Of a DNA stretch of 20,000 bases, positions 1 through 7,700 are shown in pieces; position 1 is the first letter of the stretch; the number at the start of each line of letters is the position of its first letter. This DNA is from an uncultured virus (IMG/VR IMGVR_UViG_3300027763_001732) (lineage: Duplodnaviria > Heunggongvirae > Uroviricota > Caudoviricetes). A program made the position numbers and the translations under genes. The DNA lies in IMG/VR virus record IMGVR_UViG_3300027763_001732, one strand, 5' to 3'. The notes beneath the pieces are model-generated. The model was not told the origin of the DNA. It saw only the letters and a list, made by a program, of their open reading frames with translations, and did not search any database.

Positions 1-912
1 ACTATCTGTAATAACAATATCAATCCATCCATCTCCATTTACGTCTGCGGCGGCGGCACCGTGATAATAGCTGGTACTGGTTGTGCCAACATCTGATACT
101 GCAAATTTGCCTTGACCTTTAGAATCATTTAACAATAGTTTATTAATTTCGCCTGGCCATTTACCATTTACTTGCATATCCCAGCCGTGACACACAACAA
201 AAATATCAGGGTGACCGTCATTGTTAAAATCAGCAACAACGGCTTTTCTCGGAGTAAGACATCCTGCTATTTTTGTAGTAGTGGATTCAAGATTACCGTT
301 GGCGGACAATTTAAAAAATTGAAACTCTGCTCGATGTTCATCTTTGATATACATAGGTGCTGTACCTATACAATTAGGATCGATGCCATTTGGCTTGTAA
401 CATTGCAGACTGTTTGACTTGGCAATCATTACTGCCATCTTATTATCTCCAAAGAAATTTCCAACAGCCCAAGCCGAAGTATAATTATTAGGATTTACAA
501 TATTTAATCTTGGAATATTTTGCAACTTTGCATTTTCATAAGATGTTTTGTACAAGGTTATTGTCGATACCGGCGAAGATGCGCCAACCGATAACACTGT
601 TCCTACATTAATAATAACGTCATAGTAAACAAACCCATAGGCGCTTACACTGGGAATTGTAAGTTGATTTTTATATGGATCATATGAATCATAAGTAGTG
701 CTTGGCTTTGCTGGATATTTTGAATCCAGACTAGAACCGCCTACAGTTAAGATAGGACCAACTGTGATAACAACATCACGGTAAATTATTTCTCCCACCA
801 ACACCGCTGGAATAGTTAGTTGATTGTTTACATGATTATATGTGTCTGTGGCATAAACTATAGGAGAGAAAAATGCCAGCAACGATAAAAATAATTCATT
901 AATATATTTCAT
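1..912 (-). CDS. Secreted FG-GAP/VCBS-repeat (beta-propeller-type) protein, 3' end outside the window
   Basis: Hand translation from ATG at 912 is open to the window edge (304 codons). It begins MKYINELFLSLLAFFSPIVYA (signal-peptide-like), has two N-terminal repeats, then the Ca-binding FG-GAP motifs VVADFNNDGHPDIFV and AAADVNGDGWIDIVI. Not in the ORF track because it has no stop codon in the window. Confidence 0.85.
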   Translation of the reverse strand, partial: MKYINELFLSLLAFFSPIVYATDTYNHVNNQLTIPAVLVGEIIYRDVVITVGPILTVGGSSLDSKYPAKPSTTYDSYDPYKNQLTIPSVSAYGFVYYDVIINVGTVLSVGASSPVSTITLYKTSYENAKLQNIPRLNIVNPNNYTSAWAVGNFFGDNKMAVMIAKSNSLQCYKPNGIDPNCIGTAPMYIKDEHRAEFQFFKLSANGNLESTTTKIAGCLTPRKAVVADFNNDGHPDIFVVCHGWDMQVNGKWPGEINKLLLNDSKGQGKFAVSDVGTTSTSYYHGAAAADVNGDGWIDIVITDS

Positions 913-913
913 A

Positions 914-1090
914 TTAACCGCCGTTCTTTTTTAGTAGAGGTGCAAAGGGATCAGTTGGTGCAGGTGTTGCTGGTTGAGTAGGCAATGACTTCCCCAGTGC
1001 TTCCTGAAAAGGATTTGCCTGAGTTGCCACACTTCCTCCGCCACCACAGGCAGTTAATGTTACTGCTAAAATTAAAATTAAATTTTTCAT
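914..1090 (-). CDS. Small lipoprotein (58 aa)
   Basis: Hand translation: MKNLILILAVTLTACGGGGSVATQANPFQEALGKSLPTQPATPAPTDPFAPLLKKNGG*. Lipobox LTA-C. ATGA overlap with the upstream gene's stop and TAA-T-ATG coupling to the downstream gene. Confidence 0.8.
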   Translation of the reverse strand: MKNLILILAVTLTACGGGGSVATQANPFQEALGKSLPTQPATPAPTDPFAPLLKKNGG

Positions 1091-2283
1091 TTGTATACCT
1101 TTAACAAAATTACATCTGTACTTATACGTCCGTTAAGTTTGATCTCTGTGCTTTTAATTCCTTTAAACCATTTCTTAGCGGCAGGCTTGCCATTGGCACT
1201 AAACTCTTTAATCTGTTCTTTTGGCTTGCGTAGGGTTTTTTGCACACTTGCTGTGGCGTCAAATCCCATAATAGAACTGTTCTTAACTGTTAGTGTACCT
1301 GCATATTGGTCTGCAATGTAGATACCCAACTTGCGTGTCTTAGTATTGTAAACCCATAGCTCTTGTGCTGTAAGGATTGTAGTCGGATCTGCACTTTTGA
1401 GAGCCAACTCTTTAAACTCTTTTGCGTACTTCAATTTGGCCACTACCTTCTCCGGCAGTACTGCTTTCTTCTTACGTGGAGCTTTGCTGGCTTTCTTAAC
1501 TACATTGTAGCTGTTAGCATCTGTTAGAGCCTGTGTCCACCATTTAACCATGGCAGTAATCTGGCGCTTGCCTAAATGCTTGTAAGCTTCTAATACCTGA
1601 GGATCTTTGCTGTTGTTGACTTCTTCAAATTCTGAGATCTTTTTGCTGATGAACTCTGTTACAGTTTTAACCTGTACTGCTGGCACATTCATTTGTGTCA
1701 TCAACTCCACTAGTTTAGGCTCGCCTTTAAACTCCGCAATAAAGTCATCAAAGCGACCTTCTAGTTCTCCCAAGAACTCTGACGTCTTTTCTGCCATGCG
1801 TTCTTGTATATTGAACTTGGGCTTGTCGTCTACTACAACTTCTGCAACTTGAGCAGAAGTATCAACGCCTTTGTCCGCTTGTTTAAGTTGTTTAACCAAT
1901 GTACGTAGTGTACCAAACCTTAGTGCCAAGCCGACACGACCTGCTCTTAGTGCAAAGCCAACTGTGGTACCGGGCCACACATCGCCGCGACGAACTGCAT
2001 CTGCTGTTTTTTGGCGGCGTGGATTACGTGCAAGGAATTGACTAAGCCATTCTGCGCTTTTCTTTTTGTCTTGTGTGTGTGCGTACCAATTAAGTGTACG
2101 CATTACCTGTGTCCTGTACTCACTATCAGTCCAGGCCTGTTGTTCTTCTACGCTGGGGTAAGTGGGCTCCTCGCCAACATACTTGACATCTACTTCTCGG
2201 TAGACAACTGTTTTGGCAAGGGGCTCGTAGCGCCATGCCAATTTATCTGTGCTTGTTTGTTTAACTGCTTTTTTGGTGGCCAT
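1087..2283 (-). CDS. Hypothetical phage protein, Lys-rich (398 aa)
   Basis: Long ORF with an AGGAG RBS and its own consensus sigma70 promoter. The C-terminal region (ELWVYNTKTRKLG...SVQKTLRKP...NGRI) resembles hypothetical proteins of large myophages, from memory. Function unknown. Confidence 0.85.
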   Translation of the reverse strand: MATKKAVKQTSTDKLAWRYEPLAKTVVYREVDVKYVGEEPTYPSVEEQQAWTDSEYRTQVMRTLNWYAHTQDKKKSAEWLSQFLARNPRRQKTADAVRRGDVWPGTTVGFALRAGRVGLALRFGTLRTLVKQLKQADKGVDTSAQVAEVVVDDKPKFNIQERMAEKTSEFLGELEGRFDDFIAEFKGEPKLVELMTQMNVPAVQVKTVTEFISKKISEFEEVNNSKDPQVLEAYKHLGKRQITAMVKWWTQALTDANSYNVVKKASKAPRKKKAVLPEKVVAKLKYAKEFKELALKSADPTTILTAQELWVYNTKTRKLGIYIADQYAGTLTVKNSSIMGFDATASVQKTLRKPKEQIKEFSANGKPAAKKWFKGIKSTEIKLNGRISTDVILLKVYK

Positions 2284-2305
2284 ACTTGCTCCTAGTAAAA
2301 ATGTA

Positions 2306-2334
2306 ATTATACACTAACTTCTATTTTGTGTCAA
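2306..2334 (-). promoter_or_regulatory. sigma70-type (early) promoter
   Basis: TTGACA (2334-2329), 17-bp spacer, TATAAT (2311-2306). Perfect consensus, upstream of the RBS and ATG at 2283. Confidence 0.85.
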
Positions 2335-2755
2335 TTGCCCGGCGCAACAGGAGTTCCTGTTTTGAGAAAGCGTCAATTTCCCAAGGCATGTCCAAATATT
2401 TTGTTTTTTTGGTATAACGTTTACCCTTCCAATATCTAACTTCATTTGGGGCAAACTTCATAATACCTTTGGCAAGTTGGCGGACATGTACCATCTCATG
2501 TGCCAATGTTGTGGCCATTTCCATTAACGCCATCGGTGTAAGACGTTTTGGTGCTTTAATTAATACAAGATAGCAGTCTGCTAATTCTATATTGTGTGTA
2601 GCGCCTTGAAAATCATCTTCCAAATCTTTAGTAACTTTTACTAGAACTGCTCGTTTGCTGTTAACCAAACTCAACTGCTCAATAAACGATGGCATTAAAC
2701 TGTCCAAAAACTTTTCTATTTTGGGACTGTCTGCATCCACATCATACTCCATCAT
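2321..2755 (-). CDS. HExxH zinc metallopeptidase-like protein (zincin), about 144 aa
   Basis: LAHEMVHVRQ motif plus downstream PWEIDA Glu ligand motif. Start moved from TTG 2812 to ATG 2755, because a GGAG RBS lies at 2765-2762 and the promoter occupies 2784-2812. Confidence 0.8.
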   Translation of the reverse strand: MMEYDVDADSPKIEKFLDSLMPSFIEQLSLVNSKRAVLVKVTKDLEDDFQGATHNIELADCYLVLIKAPKRLTPMALMEMATTLAHEMVHVRQLAKGIMKFAPNEVRYWKGKRYTKKTKYLDMPWEIDAFSKQELLLRRAIDTK

Positions 2756-2783
2756 ACCCGACTCCAATTTGTGTGTATAGTGT

Positions 2784-2812
2784 ATTATACTATAGACATC
2801 AATTTGTGTCAA
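2784..2812 (-). promoter_or_regulatory. sigma70-type (early) promoter
   Basis: TTGACA (2812-2807), 17-bp spacer, TATAAT (2789-2784). Shares the AATTGACACAAA...GTATAAT context with the 2306-2334 promoter. Confidence 0.85.
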
Positions 2813-2814
2813 TT

Positions 2815-2836
2815 AAAAACCCGCCGAAGCGGGTTT
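2815..2836 (-). terminator. Rho-independent terminator after the porin gene
   Basis: Minus strand AAACCCGC-TTCG-GCGGGTTTTT, a C(UUCG)G tetraloop hairpin followed by a U-run. Confidence 0.85.
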
Positions 2837-2857
2837 GTGCTAATCAATTACTATTAA

Positions 2858-3739
2858 TTAGAAACGGTGTGTTAAACCAACACCAATTTGTTCTACGTCA
2901 CGTGATGTTCCAACGGCATCAACATTGCGATATACAACACCTACATCAGTACGTTTACTAAACGCATATTCTACACCAACTGCATAGGCTTTAACATCTG
3001 TACTCGTTGTACCATAACTTGCTTTAGCAGTAACAGCACCAAATGATTGACTTACACCAATTAAATTACCCGTGCTGTTTACGGCACCTTCATTGTCACT
3101 GTAAGTATAAACTACTGTGGCTTTACCAACTTTAGTATTCAACCCAACTACTGTACTTTTTTCAGAGCCGGCAGTATAAGTTGCCACAGTACCATTGACA
3201 CCATATGCACCAGCACTCAGGCTATAAGAACTTGCATCAGCACCCGTTGCATTGTGAGCATTATCAGCAGTAAGTGTTACACCTTTCATAGGAGTAATGC
3301 TAACGAATGTACCATTGCTCATACGTAGACCGCGTAGGTTATGAACATCGCCGGCAATAGAACCATACATAACTCCGAATACATCGTTCTTAGCAATAGC
3401 TGAGAATTCGCTGTGAACATTGCGACCTAAATTAATGCTGCCTAATTTGTTCGATAGACCAACTGTTGATTGACGATCTCCTAATTGAGTGTCGGCTGAT
3501 TTTGGATCGTTTGCAAACAGTTTAGTATCGATAACAACTGAAGCTGTCAAATCGTTGCCTAATGTTTCTGAACTTCTAAAAGTGATATTACTAGTAGGTT
3601 CCGAAGCCATACTATTAACTGTGGTAACCCCAGTTTTTGTGCTATCAATATATTGTCCGATTTTACCAGAAACGGTAGGTTGAGCCGATGCTACAGTTGT
3701 TACTAATACCAACACGGTTGCTAAGATTGTTTTTTTCAT
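2858..3739 (-). CDS. Gram-negative general outer-membrane porin (Betaproteobacterial Omp32/Porin_4-like), about 293 aa
   Basis: Signal peptide MKKTILATVLVLVTTVASA|Q, motifs DRQSTVGLSNKLGSINLGR and YAFSKRTD, alternating beta-strand pattern, C-terminal GLTHRF with terminal Phe (BAM signal). Start set at ATG 3739, downstream of an AAAGGA RBS. Confidence 0.85.
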   Translation of the reverse strand: MKKTILATVLVLVTTVASAQPTVSGKIGQYIDSTKTGVTTVNSMASEPTSNITFRSSETLGNDLTASVVIDTKLFANDPKSADTQLGDRQSTVGLSNKLGSINLGRNVHSEFSAIAKNDVFGVMYGSIAGDVHNLRGLRMSNGTFVSITPMKGVTLTADNAHNATGADASSYSLSAGAYGVNGTVATYTAGSEKSTVVGLNTKVGKATVVYTYSDNEGAVNSTGNLIGVSQSFGAVTAKASYGTTSTDVKAYAVGVEYAFSKRTDVGVVYRNVDAVGTSRDVEQIGVGLTHRF

Positions 3740-3789
3740 ATTAAATTTCCTTTTTTTGTTTAGCAAATTAAAATAATTTACTATCTTAT

Positions 3790-3819
3790 ATATTACATGT
3801 ATTCAGATTCTCCTGTCAA
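3790..3819 (-). promoter_or_regulatory. Probable sigma70-type promoter of the porin gene
   Basis: TTGACA (3819-3814), 18-bp spacer, TAATAT (3795-3790). Confidence 0.55.
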
Positions 3820-3877
3820 AGAGACTAAAATCAAATATTTCAATGAGTTTTTGGTAGTAGACAATTAAAAAACTTTA

Positions 3878-3885
3878 GGTAAATA
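3878..3885 (+). promoter_or_regulatory. Probable T4-type late promoter (GGTAAATA)
   Basis: TAAATA core 8 nt before the ATG of the neck gene, with no SD sequence in between. Confidence 0.55.
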
Positions 3886-3893
3886 GTTATACT

Positions 3894-4940
3894 ATGCCAA
3901 GACTAAGCCTGTGGAAACCTGAAAAAACAAACGACTATCATTTCATGGATAGACTTATCCGTGAACAATTTATGGTAGGCGGTACTGGTGTGTTGATCCA
4001 CAAATATTTACAACCAGCAGATCAAGGTGCCAGCAATGATCCGACCAAGCCCAACTATAGAGCCGATGATATATTAAACGAAACTAAGATACAAGACTTG
4101 CTGTTCTTAGAAATTCGTGATAGAATTTATGATCCCGACGTCTACGAACTTCGCGGAGTTTATAACGTAGGTGATCAGGATTTTGACTTAACACAATTTG
4201 GTTTATTTTTAAGTGCTGATACTATCTATATTACTTTCCATACCAATGACATGGTCGACAGAATGGGACGTAAACTCATGGCAGGAGATGTACTAGAACT
4301 GCCGCATATTCGCGATGATTTATTGTTGGACGAAACCAAGCCCGCTATCAATAAGTTTTACGTTATTCAAGATGCTAGTCGTGCCGCAGAAGGTTTTAGT
4401 CAAACTTGGTATCCACACATTTGGCGTATCAAAGCCAGTCCAATGACAGATGCTCAAGAGTATAGAGATATTTTATCACAGCCTGCAGACAATGGTGTCG
4501 ACACATTAAAAGATGCATTGAGTACGTATCAAAAAGAACTAGAAATATCCAAAGCTATTATTGCTCGTGGTGAACAGCTTGCACCTACTATTTTAGATGA
4601 TGGCAGTAATATATTACAAAACACAACCAAGCCTTATCAAGCAGATGCTGATCCAACTTATAATCACGGAGAAGCATTAGACTCGGGTCTAAGTTTCCCT
4701 TTAACTCCAAAGCAGGGAGATTTCTTTTTACGCACAGACTACAAACCCGCGGCATTGTTTGCTTATCGTGGCACACGTTGGCAACGTATGCAAACTGACA
4801 ATGGACCAGTTGACTTAAGAGACAAAGTTCTCAATGCCGCTGGCTTTATCAATAATGATGCTGTCACTGTTGTTGGCAATCAAGAATTCCCAGAACGTCA
4901 AGCACTGAGCCAAGTAGTATTACCTAAATCAGATTTTTAA
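3894..4940 (+). CDS. gp14: Neck / head-completion protein, T4 gp14-like
   Basis: Motifs IQDLLFLE, DLTQFGLFL, YITFH and GDVLELPH resemble gp14 of large T4-related phages. Lies directly before a gp15-like gene. Confidence 0.7.
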   Translation: MPRLSLWKPEKTNDYHFMDRLIREQFMVGGTGVLIHKYLQPADQGASNDPTKPNYRADDILNETKIQDLLFLEIRDRIYDPDVYELRGVYNVGDQDFDLTQFGLFLSADTIYITFHTNDMVDRMGRKLMAGDVLELPHIRDDLLLDETKPAINKFYVIQDASRAAEGFSQTWYPHIWRIKASPMTDAQEYRDILSQPADNGVDTLKDALSTYQKELEISKAIIARGEQLAPTILDDGSNILQNTTKPYQADADPTYNHGEALDSGLSFPLTPKQGDFFLRTDYKPAALFAYRGTRWQRMQTDNGPVDLRDKVLNAAGFINNDAVTVVGNQEFPERQALSQVVLPKSDF

Positions 4941-4942
4941 TT

Positions 4943-6298
4943 ATGCAACAATATTTTTACGATGAACAAATAAGAAAATACCTAACGCAGTTTATGCGTA
5001 TCTTAGGGGGATTTTCAGTTAAAACTGGCAAGGATAGAAACGGCAACGAAAGTTACATTCAAGTGCCTGTGCGCTATGGCGACATTAATCGTATGGCTGC
5101 TCACATTTTAAAAAATCAAAGTGAGAACATGATTAACACCGTTCCGTTTATCAGTTGTTATGTCACAGATCTACAAATCAGCGCAGAACGTAGAAGTAAT
5201 CCTACACACGTTAGTAAAGTGCAGGTCTATGAAAAGAAAGTTGATCCCACAACCGGAGATTACATCGAAGGCGAAGTGGGCAATACTTATACTGTAGAAC
5301 GCTATATGCCTGTGCCCTACGACTTAACAGTACAAGTGGATATATGGACCAGTAACACAGATCAAAAGCTACAATTAATAGAACAATTATTGGTATTATT
5401 TAATCCCAGTATTAACTTAAAATCCAACAGCAATCCCTTTGACTGGAGTAACTTAACCTACACCGAGCTAGTAAACGTTGTATGGAGTGTGCGACAAGTT
5501 CCTCAGGGCACAGATGACATCATCGATGTTGCGGCATTAAATTTTAACATTCCTATATTAATTAATCCTCCGGCTAAAGTTAAACGTCAAACTCTTATAC
5601 ATACAATATTAAACGAGATTAAAAAATTAAAAGAAGAAGATCCAATAGATTGGATCGAAGATGATCCAATACCAAACAAACAATGGGTAGTAGTTACATT
5701 TGAAAATTTAAAATTGCAGGTTAGAATAGAAGGTGATCGTGCCACGCTGTTAAACAAAGCAGGTGGGCTCACTGACGAAGATGGCAACTTACTATCATGG
5801 GAAACTTTATTAAAACCATTTGGTGATTTAAGATTAGGTATCAGTAATCTACGTCTACGACGAGGCAGTGATCCCAGTGATCCCAACAACGACATTGTTG
5901 CCACTGTTGCAGAAATAGACACAGACAATCCAAATGTTGCTGTCATAGATGTTGATCAAGATAGTTTGCCCAGTGCTAGTTTAGCGGCTATCAATGCAAT
6001 CATTAATCCCAGTCGTGTTGCCCCTGGCAGAAATTTACCTGCGGCAACAACAGGGCAACGATATCTAGTATTGGAAGATGTGCCTAATAATAATTTCTGG
6101 GGTGTAACAGACGCTCGAGCCAATGACATTATACAATACAACGGAAGTAACTGGATTATAAGTTTTAATTCATCTGCTAATACCGAAGCCATTGTATTAA
6201 ATACGACTACTGGTATATTGTACGAGTGGCGATCAGGTCAATGGATTAGTGTGTTTGAAGGCACATATCAAAACGGATGGTGGAGAATTTATCTTTGA
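4943..6298 (+). CDS. gp15: Tail terminator / sheath-completion protein, T4 gp15-like, with C-terminal extension
   Basis: YFYDEQIRKY, IQVPVRYG and MPVPYDLTVQVDIWTSNTDQKLQLIEQLLVLFNP are gp15-family motifs. Extra C-terminal region GQRYLVL...NDIIQYNGSNW looks DUF2793-like. Confidence 0.8.
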   Translation: MQQYFYDEQIRKYLTQFMRILGGFSVKTGKDRNGNESYIQVPVRYGDINRMAAHILKNQSENMINTVPFISCYVTDLQISAERRSNPTHVSKVQVYEKKVDPTTGDYIEGEVGNTYTVERYMPVPYDLTVQVDIWTSNTDQKLQLIEQLLVLFNPSINLKSNSNPFDWSNLTYTELVNVVWSVRQVPQGTDDIIDVAALNFNIPILINPPAKVKRQTLIHTILNEIKKLKEEDPIDWIEDDPIPNKQWVVVTFENLKLQVRIEGDRATLLNKAGGLTDEDGNLLSWETLLKPFGDLRLGISNLRLRRGSDPSDPNNDIVATVAEIDTDNPNVAVIDVDQDSLPSASLAAINAIINPSRVAPGRNLPAATTGQRYLVLEDVPNNNFWGVTDARANDIIQYNGSNWIISFNSSANTEAIVLNTTTGILYEWRSGQWISVFEGTYQNGWWRIYL

Positions 6299-6777
6299 AA
6301 CAGTTTAGAGGTGTTGGTGCTATTATAGTCAGCGAAGACTCAGGTCGAGTCATGACAGTGTTACGCAGTCCGCAAGAAAGCTATCCCAACACTTGGACGT
6401 TTGCTGGAGGTAAAGTTGAAGCCGATGAATCAGAAATCAACGGACTACGCAGAGAGTTACAAGAAGAACTTCAACTAATTAAAATAAAAAAAATAATACC
6501 GTTGCATAGATATCAAAGTCGAAGTAAAGATTTTGTCTATGACACTTTTGTAGTATTAGTTAACAAAGAATTTATACCCGAGCTTAATTGGGAGAATGCC
6601 GGCTATGCATGGACTAGCATAGATAGTTTGCCCAGCCCATTGCATCCAAAAGCCCGTCAAATGATTAGTTCTAGCAGGCTAATTAAAAAATTTAAAAACT
6701 TCTATAGTTGGATTGATAAGAAGAATGTCAGCAGAGATAATTCCATTCCCGAAAAAGATAAAACTACGACGATTTAA
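6277..6777 (+). CDS. Nudix hydrolase
   Basis: Nudix box GKVEADESEINGLRRELQEEL (Gx5Ex7RExxEE) and C-terminal LPSPLHP. The exact start is uncertain, since it overlaps gp15. Confidence 0.9.
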   Translation: MVENLSLKQFRGVGAIIVSEDSGRVMTVLRSPQESYPNTWTFAGGKVEADESEINGLRRELQEELQLIKIKKIIPLHRYQSRSKDFVYDTFVVLVNKEFIPELNWENAGYAWTSIDSLPSPLHPKARQMISSSRLIKKFKNFYSWIDKKNVSRDNSIPEKDKTTTI

Positions 6778-7111
6778 AAGCGTTGATTTATATCATTGCT
6801 GGGATCGTCGATTAGACAATCCCTTGCTGAATAGTTTGTTCAAACAAGAAGTCAGTTATGTAGAGCGTTGGTACTTGCAGACCGTGCATCTTCTTAACAT
6901 GGAATTAGTCGAGCACCCATTAATAATAACGTTAATGGCAGATAATACTCTAGACTTATTAATCGAGCTTATTAAAAAAGATTTAGAGATTCAAAAATCT
7001 GTGGAAGATGATGTTACTATAGCCACAGATTATAATTTGATTAGACTTAATAAGTGGCTGGTTAAGTTTCAAGGTCTACTTCAATACCGTCATCGACTTT
7101 ATAACTTTTAG
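6725..7111 (+). CDS. Hypothetical protein (about 128 aa)
   Basis: ORF overlapping the Nudix 3' end. Likely start ATG 6725 (MSAEIIPFPKK). Helical-looking. Converges on and overlaps the glycosyltransferase gene. Confidence 0.65.
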   Translation: MSAEIIPFPKKIKLRRFKSVDLYHCWDRRLDNPLLNSLFKQEVSYVERWYLQTVHLLNMELVEHPLIITLMADNTLDLLIELIKKDLEIQKSVEDDVTIATDYNLIRLNKWLVKFQGLLQYRHRLYNF

Positions 7112-7700
7112 TACCAAGATGGCCTAACTCGCAGGTTGTTTGTACATCAAGCCAAATATCTGTGCTGATACATTTTCTAAAAAACTCAATGTCTTCGCCT
7201 GTGTAGTGACCGTCATAGTAGCCTATTTCAAACCAAGGCTGTTTAATTTTCTTAAACACTGGAGTTTTAATTAAACAAAAACCTAGACCCATTGCTGCCA
7301 CTTTGATGTGACTATCTGTTTGTTCATCGCATCGTACGTGAGTATCCCAAGCGTCGATTTCTGTCCATGCTGTTGTAATAAACGGAGCGACACGTTTGCT
7401 GTAAGCGGCACCGACAATGTCTTCATCGAAATCCAATAAATTAATTACATGATATGGTTCAAATTCCATGTCACTGTCAATAAACATAACATGAGTTGCT
7501 TCCCATTCTTGGGCCGACTTAACAAGTTCATAACGCTGATTTACAATTAAAGTTCCTGGACTTATAAAGAGTTTGTTATCAATTTCCAATTCAGCTAACA
7601 CGCTAGCAAGATTGTACAAGCAAAAGCTAGTCGCGGTGTGCATCTGGTCTCTAGCTGGTATACATATCGCCAATTTTATTTCAGAGTATTTGTTTGTCAT
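7062..7700 (-). CDS. Glycosyltransferase, GT-A fold (GT2-like)
   Basis: N-terminal LAICIPA strand, THVMFIDSDM (DxD), GLGFCLIK, GEDIEF catalytic-base motif and LGHLG. ATGA-coupled to the upstream gene. Confidence 0.85.
   Translation of the reverse strand: MTNKYSEIKLAICIPARDQMHTATSFCLYNLASVLAELEIDNKLFISPGTLIVNQRYELVKSAQEWEATHVMFIDSDMEFEPYHVINLLDFDEDIVGAAYSKRVAPFITTAWTEIDAWDTHVRCDEQTDSHIKVAAMGLGFCLIKTPVFKKIKQPWFEIGYYDGHYTGEDIEFFRKCISTDIWLDVQTTCELGHLGTKSYKVDDGIEVDLET

Noticed and set aside
172..417. Plus-strand 81-aa ORF
   Set aside because: Antisense to the FG-GAP gene, which has clear motifs. No RBS or recognisable features.
2756..2812. Upstream starts given in the ORF track (2812, 3766, 17118, 18948, 6713) and the 19985 start for gp23
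   Set aside because: These extensions overlap promoters, RBSs or leader elements, and downstream ATGs fit better. gp23 continues past the window edge.
1091..3683. Plus-strand short ORFs (1091, 1607, 2011, 2689, 3489)
   Set aside because: Antisense shadows of well-supported minus-strand genes.
4588..6192. Minus-strand short ORFs inside gp14 and gp15
   Set aside because: Antisense shadows with no independent signals.
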